Shown: positions 1 through 10,712 of the stretch, one piece after another
Layout of the letters: every line of letters starts with the position of its first letter
Position numbering within the stretch: position 1 is the first letter of the stretch
From: Octopus bimaculoides
Lineage: Eukaryota
Reading direction: 5' to 3'
Assembly (NCBI RefSeq): GCF_001194135.2
Contig: NC_068982.1
Location: forward strand, 88,572,132 to 88,616,997
DNA length: 44,866 nt
The notes under the pieces: generated by a model
The model's database searches: none
The model's input: the letters and a program-made list of their open reading frames with translations, nothing else
What the model was told of the DNA's origin: nothing
Translations under genes and position numbers: made by a program

Positions 1-48
<48 letters not shown>
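1..48. repeat. (AC)n-(AT)n compound microsatellite
   Basis: Directly visible dinucleotide runs. Confidence 0.95.
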
Positions 49-1135
49 GTAAATTAAAAACGTAAATATAAAAACAGAACACAAAGGATTCCGCGGTACA
101 CGTGTTTCAAGCTTTATAGTCGTTGCATCATTGTATTGGTATATAATTGATAGACAGGATGGTATAAAGCTATCTTCAGCCGCAAATATATTCTTTCCCA
201 AGTATTATATCACAAAGAAGAAATCAACAAGAAAAAAGTAAAGGGCAGAGAAACATGAGAGATAAAAAGTGGGGGTCCACTTGGTATTGTCCGTTGTAAA
301 GAATTGAAACACTTAATATGCCAATCTGATTGAAATATGTACTTACTCCGAAGAAAAGGTTACAACACAAGGAGGAGACAGGAAATATAAAACAACTTGC
401 CGAATAATTATGAGAAACATCGCAATAAAATCTGAATATCATTTGAAGTTTTTCGTAAGAAATATTTGCAGGCGATGTTCATTAAGACTAAGGCACAGTT
501 CCATTTTAATGAGTATTGCATACCATCGAAATTTTTGCAAGTATTTTGTATGATATTGAACAAATGAAATACTCTTGGTTCTAATTCTTGAGGGGAAACT
601 GGATTCGGACGAAGTGTGTATCTGCTGTCAAGATCACTGCATCTGCAATTCAAAGAATTTTTTGGTAGTCTGCATCTGGTGAATGAAAGATACGAAATTC
701 CTTCTAGTCAATAGGCGTCTTATGCATTCCTGTCTAATAATGTCGAATAACATTTATTGATCTGTTTAATATGCACTTCGCGTTGTGAGTTAATTTATCT
801 ATTCTGTCCACGTTTAAAATTTTGTATATATAGAAACGTCAGTGTTATGTAAATCAGATTGATAATTCCGAATTTCGTCATAATAAAGGATAAAAGCAAT
901 TGTTAAAAGCTATGAACATTTTGAACGTAGAAGCTATCATTCTGATATTCAGTTATGCAATTTTGAAGTTCATATCCCACGGAAGTCGATATGCCCACAG
1001 CTGATAATTTTAGAAAAGGCTATGTACTGAACTACATATCATTCAGCAATATAGTCGTATAAGATGTATGATTTTGTGTTTATATTAAAAATTATTATGA
1101 TTACTGTAATTTTGCTGTTATTACCAGCGTTGTGC

Positions 1136-1340
1136 AACGCGACGAGCTGGCAGAATCGTTACCATGCCAGGCGAACAGCTTAGCGGAATTTCTCCCATTG
1201 CTACGTTTCTAGTTCAAGGTCGACTTTACCTTTCATCCTTTTGGGGTCGATAAATTAACTACCATGAAATTCTGGGGTCGATGTAATCGAGTAGCCTCCT
1301 TCCCCAAAACTTTAGGCCTTATGCCTATAATAGAAAATAA
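1136..1340 (+). mobile_element. tRNA-derived SINE, octopus short family (family A)
   Basis: Head GAGCTGGCAGAATCGTTA, then GTCGACTTTACCTTTCATCCTTTTGGGGTCGATAAATTAA and CTGGGGTCGATGTAATCGA; the same motifs recur >10 times in this window. Confidence 0.85.
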
Positions 1341-2470
1341 CAACCAGCGTTGTTATTTCTGTCCACACATCAGTGTAATATGTCGAAGAGCGATAATTTC
1401 CGGTTTTCGTCATGCTATGCAGATGGAATGCAAAGGTTATCCACTTTTAAACAGACGACCAGATTATTAAAGTTATCTTCAAATCAAGACAGAACTGAAT
1501 ACAGTAAGACTAACCAATCAACCTCATTCTGAATTCACGCTGCTGCCAGATTATATTAGTCGTGAATTACACCACATTTTAATGTGCAAGTAGTTATACA
1601 AGCATAACTACATTCAGATTAACCTTGTTATCTGTTTCTCTTGGCTATATAAATAGTATAACATCTGTGAAAGGATTAAATTTTCTGTTCAAAGGAATGA
1701 TTAGAAAAAAGAACCGGGCATACAACCTCTCTCCCGCAGAAAAATAAACGAAATTATTGTACACAAAGAAAACATTCCAGATTTACGGTGGGGGATTTTT
1801 GAGTTTCATACCCTTTTTAAGATATTAAGGGATTCTGGGAATGGAAACACTAACCGGGAAAAGTATGACTGCACAGGAACAAATGACATATAGTCTGTTA
1901 TTGACTTCCAGATGATGCTTACATCAATGAAAAATAAAAAGTAATAGGCTAGATTCCAATACCTGGCCCATACGATGCAATTTTGTGCGACTGCTCAACC
2001 AAAGAAGTTCAAAGATATTCCGGAAGTAGTTGGAGTTTAAAGGGAATTGCATGGACGCATTGTATCATTTCTCTCTTTAAGATGACATTGAGGTATATAT
2101 AGCTTCTATTTCTAGAAGTTCAAGTGATCATGAAGAGTCGCTTATTACTATTGCGCTCGCTAATCGAAACATCGCTTCTATAGCTAAGAGAACTAAGGGT
2201 GGTTTTCACCGAGGAATCGAACGTATCGTCTTCGAGAAAAAGTAACAACACACTGAACAAAATAGTCTGAGTTTAAGTCCAAAGACACTTGTCGCTAACG
2301 CTAGGAGCCACATCTTTTTTAGATATAAACCCAGATCATTGTTCCAAAAGAAGAAATATAAATTAGTGAAGATATTGGTCATGTCATAAGCTGTCGATAA
2401 ACGAAGTTACGAAGTTGAATTTACATAGTGGATATAGTCATGTTAAAATTTCAATACTTTAGTACTGTGT

Positions 2471-2497
2471 ATGCGCGCGTGAGTGTGTGTGTGTGGG

Positions 2498-2531
<34 letters not shown>
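2471..2531. repeat. (GT)n microsatellite
   Basis: Directly visible. Confidence 0.95.
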
Positions 2532-2533
<2 letters not shown>

Positions 2534-2830
2534 CAAGGGCTGGACAAAATAATAGAAACACCTAGCATCACAGCATCATAATTTTGAAATATCTATAAAA
2601 CCGTCAAAAGCTTGTTTATTTTTATGTTTTTTTAAATTTATTATTAGTGTTACTTAATATGTTTTGCTAAAATTGCGGTTGGCGCTGCGTCTAACACGAC
2701 CCATTGTATGGTTGACACCCGAATGAATATAGGTGTAAGGGACATATTGTATGTAAATAAAAGGGGCTGCAATGGGAGATGGCAACGGGAAAGCGAATTG
2801 TTCAAATGTTGCAGAGGGCGAAGGTCTGAC
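2534..2830 (+). mobile_element. Tc1/mariner-like left-end fragment
   Basis: TA followed by CAAGGGCTGGACAAAATAATAGAAACACC, a Tc1-type TIR start, at the end of a (GT)n/TA run. No matching right TIR found. Confidence 0.55.
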
Positions 2831-2899
2831 ATAGAATTGCTAGTATGGCTGTAGAATAAGTAACATAAACTGAGCCTATGCAGTCACATAAGAATATAT

Positions 2900-3078
2900 A
2901 GTAATGAATGACTGGAAAAAATAAGACGTAATGGCTTACCGTGTGGTCGATTGGGGTAATTGGGAGAAACTGCTTTGTTGATGCAGTCTTCGGGTTTGTT
3001 GTTATTATACCGAAATGGTACCCATCATCACCATTTACAAAGTGCCGTGGATACTGGAGCGCATTGCAGGATGTAGTG
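2900..3078 (-). mobile_element. Helitron RepHel fragment (pre-Rep linker region)
   Basis: Minus-strand translation (LHP)..CNALQYPRHFVNGDDGYHFGIITTNPKT resembles the Helitron motif H.SYDALQYPLLF..GEDGYH. Confidence 0.7.
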
Positions 3079-3082
3079 ATAC

Positions 3083-3850
3083 CTACAAAACCTCTTGCTT
3101 ATCAATATTTTTTGTTTTCCCTTATGGAACAAATGCAAATAGATTTTGTCTGCTTCTCTCTCTAGAGCAGCCAACAGTTAATTGCTCGTGTGAGAAGCAT
3201 GGTCCTACCAAGTGAAGTTCTACCACAGAACATTTTTGACCCTGGGATTTATTGATAGACATTGCAAAGCTGATACGAATAGGAAATTGCACTCTTTTGA
3301 ATGGAAAAGTAATTTCTGCTTCCAATGGAATGAGAGGAATTCTGGGTATGAAAATATCCTCTCCTTTTCCACATCCAGAGAGAATGCTAATAACATGAGG
3401 CATCATCTTCTTTACCACCAGGCATGTCCTATTACAGAGTGTTAATGGATCGAAATTCCTCATTACTGGAGTTTCCACTTTAAGTTGCAATTTGTGGGGA
3501 GGTAGTCCTGGAGTCTCTAATGAATTGAGAAACTCTGCTGGATAATTTACCACCTCTTCTGGAGCTGGGTTTGTGAGGACTTCCAGGAAGGTACTGAAGC
3601 AGCAGCTCATTAATTTTACCTACAGTGCTGTTTTCTGTAGCCAGTATTGCTCTTTCACACAGCCATTTGGAATTGTGAAAATTTTTTGACCAATGGATGT
3701 AAGGGAGACAATCAGTTTCTGAAAGTTACTTCGCCAAGAGATACCTTCCTTCTCCACATAACCCAGGAAATGGTGTTTTCTGCTCCTAGAGGGCCTGCTA
3801 CGCGTTATGTCAAACATTTTAAGAGGCCAAAACCAAATCTGGAACATAAG
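3083..3850 (-). pseudogene. Helitron PIF1-like helicase C-terminal remnant
   Basis: ORF 3122-3610 contains YPAEFLNSLETPGLPPHKLQLKV, LCNRT.LVVKKM, GKGEDIFIPRIPLIP, FKRVQFPIRISFAMSINKSQGQ and CFSHEQL.VGCSR. A frameshifted tail KTKNIDKQEVL* ends at 3083; the upstream piece ..QYWLQKTAL matches the 'WL.ERAIL' region. Confidence 0.95.
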
Positions 3851-3914
3851 TAATGTATGTTTGCAGGTTGGAGAAAATCAGTTGTGAACTTCAGAAGTTA
3901 TGCTGAATTACACG

Positions 3915-3916
<2 letters not shown>

Positions 3917-3957
<41 letters not shown>

Positions 3958-3967
3958 NNNNNNNNNN

Positions 3968-4005
<38 letters not shown>
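3917..4005. repeat. (AC)n microsatellite with 10-N gap
   Basis: Directly visible; Ns at 3958-3967. Confidence 0.95.
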
Positions 4006-4007
<2 letters not shown>

Positions 4008-5700
4008 ATTAATCAATCTATTTGCTCGTGTGGATATCACTATATCCTTGTATGCACTTCACCATTTCTACTGGCCGGTGTTTTCTGAACTTCAGTTTGT
4101 AAGATCCGAACGCTGTTTGTTTCACAGATGCTAAGACAGGATTATTTCTTAGCTCATCTTGGTATTATACCATGTCTGAGATTTAAAAAAATCTTTTCGT
4201 ATGAAATTGTTTTACGTTAATGGAAGTAAATTGTTCTTTTGGTTACATTTTATGATTTATGTGTTTAGTAACTTCAAGTCAGTATGTTTTGTTGACTTTT
4301 AATTATGTTTTCTAGTTCTTTAGGTGGTAATGTCTGTTTTGATTCTCATTTAATCTAATTACTTGATAGGTTTTTTACAGCTGTAGGTCTGTCACGGTTT
4401 ATTTAATTTGATTTATTTTGGTGCCACGTGGGATGATTTATGTTGTTTACGCTGAAAGATTAATTTTTCGGAATGGTGGTATGTTATATTCTGGTCATAT
4501 TTTCCATATTTAAGAGTAGTATATTTGGTAACTTGTTTAATTCTTTCATAAGTTTATTAATTTGAGTTTGCTACATTTATTTTGTTTCCGCTTAATAGTT
4601 CATTAGGTGTCAATGTCCGTTTTGGCATACCTTTATTTTACTTCATTTATGTTTAATAGAGACATTGACGTTACGGTCTATTCGTTTTGATTCTGTTATC
4701 GTTCATTAAGTAGCAATGTCACCCGCACACCCAACGTTGTTTGCTTAGTAAGCTTAAGCAGGTGTCAAAACAGGAAACATATTGAGCTTATGCTTGGCCT
4801 CTCAAGCAACATTTATACTTTTGGTGCTGTTGACACTATCATATTGAATGGTATTGTGCACATATCGAAACTATAATGATTTCCGATAAACTGCTGATGA
4901 TGAAATGTCTAAAATTTTTTCGTGTTTTACTTTTTTTTGTTATTGTACATGTGTTTCTTTGTAATCTTCATGTACCTTATATCCTCATCGTTTCAATGTC
5001 GTCCTTTTTAGTGATATTGGTTCTTGTCGGGTTCTTCTGTTGTTTTAGGCGGAACTGATACAAGATCTTAGTTTAGTCCGGAAGTTAATTAATTACAGAG
5101 TACTACTAACAATCATCCTTTGTCGATTATGCATTGCTTGTAATGTCTTAATATGCCTTAATTTGTGGAGATTTCAAAAAGTGCTTTTAAGGTTAGTGAT
5201 TGTATGCATTCACGTACTTACATGCATGCGCACGTTTTAACATTTACAATATGTATGTCGTGTTTGTTTTCGGGAATTAATCTATTGGATTGTAAAGCTT
5301 TAATTAAGCAATGTAATTAAAGAATGATCTCATAATGTCACTCTATGCAACACTAAATTTGATCCTAGTCTGTAACAGTGTTTTCGAAAGATGTTTTCTA
5401 AGATAGTACACTGTTAATTTTTTAAAAGACTAAGAAAAAGAGGAAATTTAAATCACATATCTCTGCATCTGAACCAGAGACCTCCAGATAAAACTAATAA
5501 CTGAGAAATCTCTTCTAAAGACAAGCAGCGTCAGTTTGGGGTCTCAAACCAGGGGTTATATTATGTCACTCCTGTTTCGTTTTCAGCGTACGTAAAACTT
5601 AAGCCGTCTTAGAAATAATTGTTTTTAACTTTTTCCTATAGATAATAATTTCTAACAGGGTGTTAGAATGGAAATTTAAAGAAGAGAGAACAATAAACTG

Positions 5701-5790
5701 AAACGACTTTTTCAGTCTCAAAGGATGAAGGGTAAAGTTGACCTCGGCGGGATTCGAAATCAGAACGTAATGAGCCGGAATAAATACTGG
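5701..5790 (-). mobile_element. SINE family A, partial
   Basis: AAGGATGAAGGGTAAAGTTGACCTCGGCGGGATTCGAAATCAGAACGTAA is the reverse complement of the family core. Confidence 0.75.
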
Positions 5791-6474
5791 ATTTTATTTT
5801 TCAAGCTGCAATGAGAACCCTTCTCATTAGAAAATACAAGTGTATGTCAAAGTTACAACTGAAGATGAAGAGAGTAGAGAAGAAATCTATAGTCAACGCA
5901 TATCCCGTAAATGATATGTCGTAACAAAGAATGAGTTTATTTAATTTATACCCAGCAATTCAGCTAAGCTACTTCCTTGATTTTGTTACTTATAATGATT
6001 TGATATAAAAACAATAAATTTAATTTAGATATTAAATTCAATTAAGTATAGCCTGATGTTATTCAAGACTTCTACTATTCTTCTGTTTTCGTACAACACA
6101 CAAATGATATAATAAAGGAAAATTCCATATACCTAGTAAATACGAATAATTTTGAGCTATTTACATAAACACTGAAGAGGACTGAAAAACAATATATTGA
6201 TAAAAATTAATTATATTTGCAATATGTATTATGATAAACAATGGAGATTAAGTAACGGCAATTTGAAATACAGTCTCAGATAAAAAAAAAAAACAAACGC
6301 ACCACGGCATTACAGCAAATGTGGTTTATTATATAATATGACATTATGTTTCAGAATGATAATAGCCGGTATGTTTGTGGTTTCGAGGAAGGACCTTCTT
6401 CAAACAATGCATGAATGTATTTGAAGACTGCAATTATCGGAGAGAGTGAAAAAAAAAACAAAAAAAAAACAATA

Positions 6475-6673
6475 GGTTTAAAACTTGGCACAAGTGCAGC
6501 AATTTTAAAGGGGAGATACAAGCGATGAGATCGTCCCCGGTGCTCAACTGGTACTTTGTCAATCTGAAAAGGATGAAGGAAAACGTTCTCGGCGATATTC
6601 AATCTCAGAACGTAAAGAGACGGAAGAGATGACGCTAAGCATTTTGTCTGGCGCTCTAACGATTCAACCAGCT
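6475..6673 (-). mobile_element. SINE family A
   Basis: CCCCGGTGCTCAACTGGTACT...AAGGATGAAGG...CTCAGAACGTAAAG...CTAAGCATTTTGTCTGGCGCTCTAACGATTCAACCAGCT. Confidence 0.8.
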
Positions 6674-6869
6674 TAGTAATAGTAGTAGTGGTAGTTGTGG
6701 TGGTAATAGTAGTAGTAGCAGTAGTTCCTTTTATTAGCCACAGAGGCCTAGATGAGGGGAATATCACAAAAACAAACAACAATTTGTGTTGGGATTTACA
6801 TATAAGTTGGCGAGTAAGAAATAGAAAAGAGGGTAAAATGCGATAATATATATATATATATATATAATG

Positions 6870-7530
6870 AATGTGAAATCATGGATGATACAGCCCTCCT
6901 TATACAGGAAAAAATACTGTTAGAGCTAAGCAAGGGGCCTCACAGATCCAGGATTACCCTGACCACCAAAGACACGAGCCCTCTTCCAATTGTTACTCTT
7001 TAGACTATAGGCTCTTGTTTAAAGTGGGGCCATTCACTCTAACCGTTCTTCTCACAGTTGGCCATCTTTTCACAAGTTCAATGGAAAGTAACACTTTTCT
7101 CTCCACTTTCACTTTCCCTTCTATGAAGAACGTAAGATATGCGGATGAGAACTTAAGCGAAGAGGAAAGTGTCTTTCCACAATCCTCTCAGCCTTGTTCA
7201 CCACACAACCTCTTTCGCCATGGTCAGTAGATAATGGAACACCGGTGTTTGGGTAATCCTCACTATAGATTCTACTGACACATGGATTCATCCAATACGC
7301 GATAACAGCTGTTCGACATTATTCCGCAAGTCAGAAAATACTGGGACAGTGTACGAATGCATGTAAAAAGGTTCGCGCTCTGCGCAAATCTCGGTTAGTC
7401 CCTCCTGACAGCGCTTCCATATCTGCCCACCAGAAACTACCAAGTAAGCATTCTTAGAAAAGGTACTGATCCTGTCGTCCGCTTTAATGACGCAACTAGA
7501 AAAGCAATTGACCACCTCATCTCTGAATGC
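6870..7530 (-). mobile_element. L1/Tx1-like LINE, ORF2 C-terminus and 3' UTR (degenerate)
   Basis: Frameshifted minus-strand translation RYGSAVRRD*PR..., VEQLLSRIG*IHVSVESIVRI, MAKEVVW*TRLRGL, KVERKVL...KRW...VNGPTLNKSL* (stop at 7005-7007). Homologous to the two fragments at 21.2-22.8 kb. Confidence 0.75.
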
Positions 7531-7544
7531 ATCATGTTAAGCTC

Positions 7545-8095
7545 AAATGAGCCTACTAATCACCACTGTCGACTTGGTCAGAATTTGCAATGGATCATAT
7601 ACTGTGGGATTGGTCTCCTTTTTTATAAGAACCGATGGGAACATAAATCTGCTAAGTTAAAAGAAAACAAAGATATCACCATTGTTTGGGACTTTACAAC
7701 TGAAACTAATCGAGCTACTCAGGTCAATAGACCTGGTATTGTGGTAAAAATGATGTTGACAAACATGCCTGCTCACAGATATGTAAATTTAAACAAGCAG
7801 CAACACATCTTTAAAATACATTTGAATAGTTAAGTAAATACAAAGATCTTGAAATAGAAGTTTCAAAAAGCTATTATCTAAGAACAAAAACTCTGTCAGT
7901 GATCATTAGGAGCAATCTTAAACCCTATGGCCAAATATCAAAATATCAAAGTATCAGAATATCAGAACTACAAAAAAATGTTCTCCTGGGTCTCCTTTCC
8001 CTACAATATGTTATTGCTTATAAATAAAACTCAGTAAAACATCGAAATTGCTGTTATCTGAGGTCTCTGAGGTGAGACTTGGAATAGCTTATATA
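7545..8095 (+). mobile_element. R4/Dong-like LINE 3' end (restriction-like endonuclease region)
   Basis: HHCRLGQNLQW, WEHKS..KENKDITIVWDF, NRPGIVVK, TCLLTDM, SKYKDLEIEVSK across frames. Confidence 0.8.
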
Positions 8096-8100
8096 AAACA

Positions 8101-8265
8101 AAGGGTAATTATATCGATTCCTGTGCTCAACTGATATTTATTTTATCGACCCCGAGAGGATGTAAGATAGAGCCGACCTCAGCGGTATTTGATCTCAGAA
8201 CGTAAAGTCGGTCGAAATGTTGCTAAGCATTTTGTCCGGCACCGTAATGACTCTGCCAGCTTACC
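8101..8265 (-). mobile_element. SINE family A
   Basis: TTTTATCGACCCCGAGAGGATG...CTCAGAACGTAAAG...CTAAGCATTTTGTCCGGC...CTCTGCCAGCT. Confidence 0.85.
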
Positions 8266-8275
8266 GATTTAGAAC

Positions 8276-8279
8276 CACC

Positions 8280-8330
<51 letters not shown>
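8276..8330. repeat. (CCA)n-(CAA)n microsatellite
   Basis: Directly visible. Confidence 0.95.
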
Positions 8331-8331
<1 letters not shown>

Positions 8332-8540
8332 TCCTTTCTACTCTAGGAATAAGGCTTCAAAATTTTTTTGAGTAGAAGGCTTGTCGATTATATTGATCCC
8401 ACTAATCAAGTGATATTCATTTAATCAACCTCAAAATGACGAGAGTCGTCTTCGTCAAAATTTGAACTCAAAATATAAAGTCGGAAGAAATACCGCTTAT
8501 CGTTTTATCCGAAGAGGTAATGACTCTGCCATCTCGTCGG
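8331..8540 (-). mobile_element. SINE family A, diverged
   Basis: GTCGATTATATTGATCCC...AAAATTTGAACTCAAAA...CTCTGCCATCTCGTCGG. Confidence 0.7.
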
Positions 8541-8772
8541 CTTAATAATAATGATGATAATAATAAAAATAAGCTAGAAATAAATAGTAAAGCACAGGAA
8601 ATCAACAACACACATAGACAACAAAAATGCTCTGTGGATAAATAGGGAAAAGAAAAGGAAGTACAAAACAGCACTACAAATATGGCCCACCATCACAGGC
8701 CAAGAAATCACTGACACACTGTGGAGTACCAGCATGTGGAGAACTCCAGGGATAAACAAGGTCCCCAACTTC

Positions 8773-9945
8773 GGGTCTTTACCTTTTGAACAGCACATCG
8801 AGAAATTATTTTTTTGCAATTAAACACTTTCAAACTTCGGACACTGGTAGAATGTGTCATATAAAACGTCATTTACTCTAAGTGCTGTTAAGAAAAGTTT
8901 GTATTTCCAAAGTTATTTCGTGTTAAAGTTGTCGTATTTCGGTAATTTCAACCGACCAATGACGTGTATTCAGCTGAATAAAATTACTGCTGTTGTTTGT
9001 CAACAACAACTTCTGGTGGTGTATATTTCGTTTGTAACTGTTATTTATGACGTATTTAATCTCACTTACATTTGTATGAATAAACGAGTGTATCTGAAGC
9101 ATGTTTACTTCATGACACCACCACAATCGTTCGTGCATTTCCACTGGTTTTAGTTTTTTTTTCCTGTTTTTCAGCTACTATTTTCGGAAAGACATTTTTG
9201 CCCCCTTGCCCCTACCAATCCAATTTCTTCATTTTTCACATTTTTTCGTAACTCTAACCCTAAAATCCCAATCCTAACCCTAACCCTAAAACCCCAACCC
9301 TAACCCTAACGCTAACCCTAAAACCTTAACCTTAAGCCTAACCCTAAAACCCCAACCCTAACTCTAACTCTAAAACCCTGACCCTAATCCTAAAACCCTA
9401 ACCCTAACCCTAAAACCCTAACCCTAACCCTAACTCTAACCCTAACTCTAAAACCCTATCCCTAACCCAAAAACCCTAACCCTGACCCTAAAACGCTAAC
9501 ATTAACCCTAACCCTAAAACCGTAACCCTAACTCTAAAACCCTATCCCTAACCCTAAAACCTAACCCTGACCCTAAAACCCTAAGCCTAACCCTGACTCT
9601 GAAACCCGAACCCCTACCATAACCCTGAAACCCTAAAGCTAAAACCAGTACAAACGCACGAACGATGTCCTAAATAACAGTGACAAACGAAATATACACC
9701 GCCGATAGTTGTTGTTGATAAACAACAGCAGTAATTTTATTCAGCTGAATACATGTCATTGATTGGTCGAAATTACCGAAATACGACAACTTTAACACTA
9801 AATAACTTTGAAAATATAAACTTTTCTCAACAGCACTAAGACTAAAAGATGTTTTATATGACACATTCTACTAGTGTACGAAGTTTGAAAGTGTTTAGTT
9901 ACAAAAAATTAATCTCTCGATGTGCCATTCAAAGGGAAAAGATCC
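8773..9945. mobile_element. Non-autonomous TIR DNA transposon (Merlin-like MITE) carrying a telomeric-type repeat array
   Basis: Inverted arms of ~280 bp (8773-~9052 vs ~9665-9945), termini GGGTC/GATCC, flanked by 8-bp TSD CCAACTTC (8765-8772)/CCAGCTTC (9946-9953), 7/8 match. No transposase ORF. Confidence 0.85.
9250..9646 (-). repeat. Interstitial telomeric-like array, degenerate (TTAGGG)n with TTTTAGGG variants
   Basis: Plus strand reads CCCTAA/CCCTAAAA repeats; 20-bp units at 9371, 9391 and 9411. Confidence 0.95.
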
Positions 9946-10487
9946 CCAGCTTCTGTCTGAAACACATCAACTGTACCCACACCCATATAGCGGCAGCATT
10001 TAATTTATTAATAAGCCAACCAGAATCAACACCAAACTAGATGCTGAAAGGACAAAGCACACTAATTCCCCAAAATAAATTCACCTTGCAACTACAAAAT
10101 TATAGGCCAATAACATGTCTATCAACCCTCACATCAGTCATCTATAATACCTGACTCAACATAACACGTTATATTTTCTATCGGTAATTAAAAGAGCAGA
10201 GTAAAGCAGTTCTCTTCAAAACCTACCATCACTCTCATTAACCATAGTAGCAGTAACTCGCCCTGCTCTAATTACATATTCACTCCATTCAACTGGGCCG
10301 TAAATGAGTGACCTTGCAACGGACTTGTGCCGGTTCTGTTAGAATGTGATCTCGTTCGCTTACATGTCATGGAAATTGGGGAACCTAGGACTCAAGATAA
10401 TAATTCTTAGGTGATGATAACGAAGATAATGTGGATGTTTAACATGTTTATGCATTTTTGGCTCAATTTTTAATATTGAAGTAACGT

Positions 10488-10712
10488 AAGTCGGCGAGCT
10501 GGCAGAATCATTAACACATAGGCAAAATGCATCGTGGCATTTCGTCCGGCTTTACGTTCTGAGTTCAAATTCCGCCAAGGTCGTCTTTGCCTTTTATTCT
10601 TTCGGGGTCGATAAAATAAGTACTACTTTGAGTGTCGATGACGTAAATAGCAGCTCAGCACTCGGGTTGGTGTAATCGACTTACCGTCACTCCCGAAATA
10701 GCTGGAATTTAA
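10488..10712 (+). mobile_element. SINE family A with a short internal insertion
   Basis: GGCGAGCTGGCAGAATCATTA...CGTTCTGAGTTCAAATTCCGCCAAGGTCG...CGGGGTCGATAAAATAAGTAC...GTAATCGACTT. Confidence 0.9.

Larger units (their letters stand above)
8575..10160 (+). mobile_element. R4/Dong-like LINE fragment (pre-RT region) split by the Merlin-like element; pieces 8575-8772 and 9946-10160
   Basis: Joined translation NKNALWINRE..ITGQEITDTLWSTSMWRTPGINKVPNF|CLKHINCTHTHIAAAFNLLISQPESTPN*MLKGQSTLIP..QNYRPITCLST matches the NWKAPG.D..PNFWLK...NYRPITCL signature. Confidence 0.8.

Noticed and set aside
347-431. Possible 85-bp minus-strand exon (TTCAG acceptor, GGA|GTAAGT donor)
   Set aside because: Two open frames but no recognisable protein and no partner exons; such sites occur by chance.
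2934-2945. Strong minus-strand donor ACG|GTAAGC
   Set aside because: The upstream 'exon' translates as Helitron RepHel, so a transposon origin explains it.
7288-7515. ORF MVNCFSSCVIKADDR... as a host exon (vaguely cNMP-binding-like)
   Set aside because: Adjacent frames give the Tx1-like C-terminus shared with 21.2-22.8 kb.
9250-9646. True telomere or ancient chromosome fusion site
   Set aside because: The array sits between the TIRs of a TSD-flanked element, is degenerate, and has ordinary sequence on both sides.
8854-9864. Near-identical ORFs on opposite strands (MSYKTSF.LSAV.KSLYFQSY...) as a duplicated gene
   Set aside because: They are chance translations of the two inverted arms.
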